From: an uncultured bacterium
GTDB taxonomy: Bacteria; Lernaellota; Lernaellaia; Lernaellales; Lernaellaceae
Direction of reading: 5' to 3'
NCBI GenBank assembly: GCA_964534375.1
Contig: CAZHPN010000148.1
Span: forward strand, 1-15,673
Length of the DNA: 15,673 nt
A program made the translations under genes and the position numbers. This document shows, one piece after another, positions 14,546 to 15,673 of the stretch (its first letter is position 1; every line of letters starts with the position of its first letter). The notes below the pieces were generated by a model. That model saw nothing but the letters and a program-made list of their open reading frames with translations, made no database searches and was not told the DNA's origin.

Positions 14546-15598
14546 CTACTTATGGAAGAGCGGCAGGTCGTCTTCGCCGGCTTTCTTGTCCTTGGCCTTG
14601 CCGCCCGCCTTTTTCCCCGGCACCGCGAACTGGTAGCCGGCCGGCGCCGAGCGCACGCGGTACACCGGCGTTTCCAAGGCCCACTTGCGGTCCGACCATT
14701 GCGCCGTCCCGGCGTCGACCTCGGCCTCGAGGAAACCGAACACGCGTGCGTCGAGGTTGTCGAGATAGTGCAGGACCGCCGCCTCGGCGAACATCGGAAT
14801 CTTGGTCGCGCCGTACTCCGGCCGGCCGTGATGGGAGAGGATCAAATGCCGCAGCAGCATCGCGCGCTCTTCGGACAGACCGGTGTCCACGGCCAGGCGA
14901 TCGACGTATTGCACACCGAAAACCTGGTGGCCGATCAACTTGCCCTCGTCGGAATAATCGAGGACGAGCGCGTACTTCAGTTCGCGGATTTTGCCCAGAT
15001 CGTGAAACAGCACGCCGGTCAGCAGCAGATCGCGGTCGAGCGTCGGATAATGTCCGGCGACCATGTTCGCGAGCAGCATCATCGAGCAGACGTGTTCGAG
15101 CAGCCCGCCGATATACGGCTGATGAACGCCGGTGGCCGCCGGCGCGCGCCGCAGCCCCGCGCCGATCTCCGGATCGGCCAGCGCCGCCTCGCAAAGCGCC
15201 CGATAACCCGGATCGGCCAAATCGGCGACGAGCTCGACGACCGTCCGCCAATACGCGTCCACGTCGCGCGGGCACAGCGGCAGGAACACGGCCGGATCGA
15301 CCTGCTCGCGCGGCACGGGCTCGAGATGAAACGCCTCCGCCTGCACCTGGCCTTGCCAGACGCGGCCGCGGAATTTGGCCAGCACGAAATCGCCGGCGTT
15401 GACGCGCGCGTCGTAATCGCCGGCGTTTTCCCACATCCGGCCTTCCATTTCGCCGGTGCGGTCGGACAGCGTCAACGTCAGGTACGGTTTGCCCTCGTTG
15501 CGGCCCGACTTGATCGTCCCCACGCCTTTTTCGCGCAGGTAGTAGACGCCCTCGACGTTTTGGCCGTCCTTGATTTCTTTCAGCCAGATGTGCGGCAT
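14546..15598 (-). CDS. yhaM: 3'-5' exoribonuclease YhaM/Cbf1 family (OB-fold plus HD domain)
   Basis: OB-fold GKPYLTLTLSDRTGEMEGRMW; HD-domain motifs HQPYIGGLLEH, FHDLGKIRE, EGKLIGH, HLILSHHG..EYG, EAAVLHYLDNLDA. AAGGAG RBS on the minus strand at 15605-15610. Confidence 0.92.
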   Translation of the reverse strand: MPHIWLKEIKDGQNVEGVYYLREKGVGTIKSGRNEGKPYLTLTLSDRTGEMEGRMWENAGDYDARVNAGDFVLAKFRGRVWQGQVQAEAFHLEPVPREQVDPAVFLPLCPRDVDAYWRTVVELVADLADPGYRALCEAALADPEIGAGLRRAPAATGVHQPYIGGLLEHVCSMMLLANMVAGHYPTLDRDLLLTGVLFHDLGKIRELKYALVLDYSDEGKLIGHQVFGVQYVDRLAVDTGLSEERAMLLRHLILSHHGRPEYGATKIPMFAEAAVLHYLDNLDARVFGFLEAEVDAGTAQWSDRKWALETPVYRVRSAPAGYQFAVPGKKAGGKAKDKKAGEDDLPLFHK

Positions 15599-15624
15599 CG
15601 ATCGCTCCTTTGCGGAATGGCGTC

Positions 15625-15654
15625 ATGTTAGCCGCGCGGCGCACTGCAAAACAA
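15625..15654 (-). promoter_or_regulatory. Possible promoter for yhaM-HAD
   Basis: Minus-strand TTGTTT-18 nt-TAACAT; partial consensus only. Confidence 0.25.
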
Positions 15655-15673
15655 CCCCAAGCTGAATGCGGAA

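Noticed and set aside
14546..15598. HD nuclease as a Cas3-HD or defence-system component
   Set aside because: OB-fold plus HD matches housekeeping YhaM; no cas genes or repeat-spacer array in the window.
13145..15631. 828-aa plus-strand ORF
   Set aside because: Antisense shadow of the PAS-REC, HAD and yhaM genes; no recognisable motifs, and long stop-free antisense frames are expected at high GC.

Overview
High-GC bacterial chromosomal window with about 16 credible CDS and no rRNA, tRNA, CRISPR array or intact mobile element. In order: the 3' end of a sigma-54 (NtrC/Fis-type) activator; a GNAT acetyltransferase (-); a 7-Cys ferredoxin plus cupin pair (+); a membrane-bound HD-GYP/GAF/degenerate-GGDEF c-di-GMP protein (+). 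Three minus-strand clusters follow: (i) TrmJ-type RNA methyltransferase, MBL-fold hydrolase, HAMP histidine kinase, B-box zinc-finger membrane protein and pilin-like protein; (ii) membrane PAS-receiver protein, lipoprotein, exported protein and Thr-type membrane 'sulfatase'; (iii) YhaM-like OB/HD nuclease and HAD-IB hydrolase. The most interesting signals are the translationally coupled B-box/pseudopilin-head plus possible Zn-binding pilin pair, a GGDEF domain that looks catalytically dead but keeps its RxxD site, an Asp-ligated ferredoxin, a kinase-less PAS-REC protein, and small repeat or palindrome relics in the intergenic gaps (an ORF6N fragment, a REP-like hairpin unit, two CAGAT tandem repeats, a heptamer run). 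All family calls come from motif recognition only; no searches were run.
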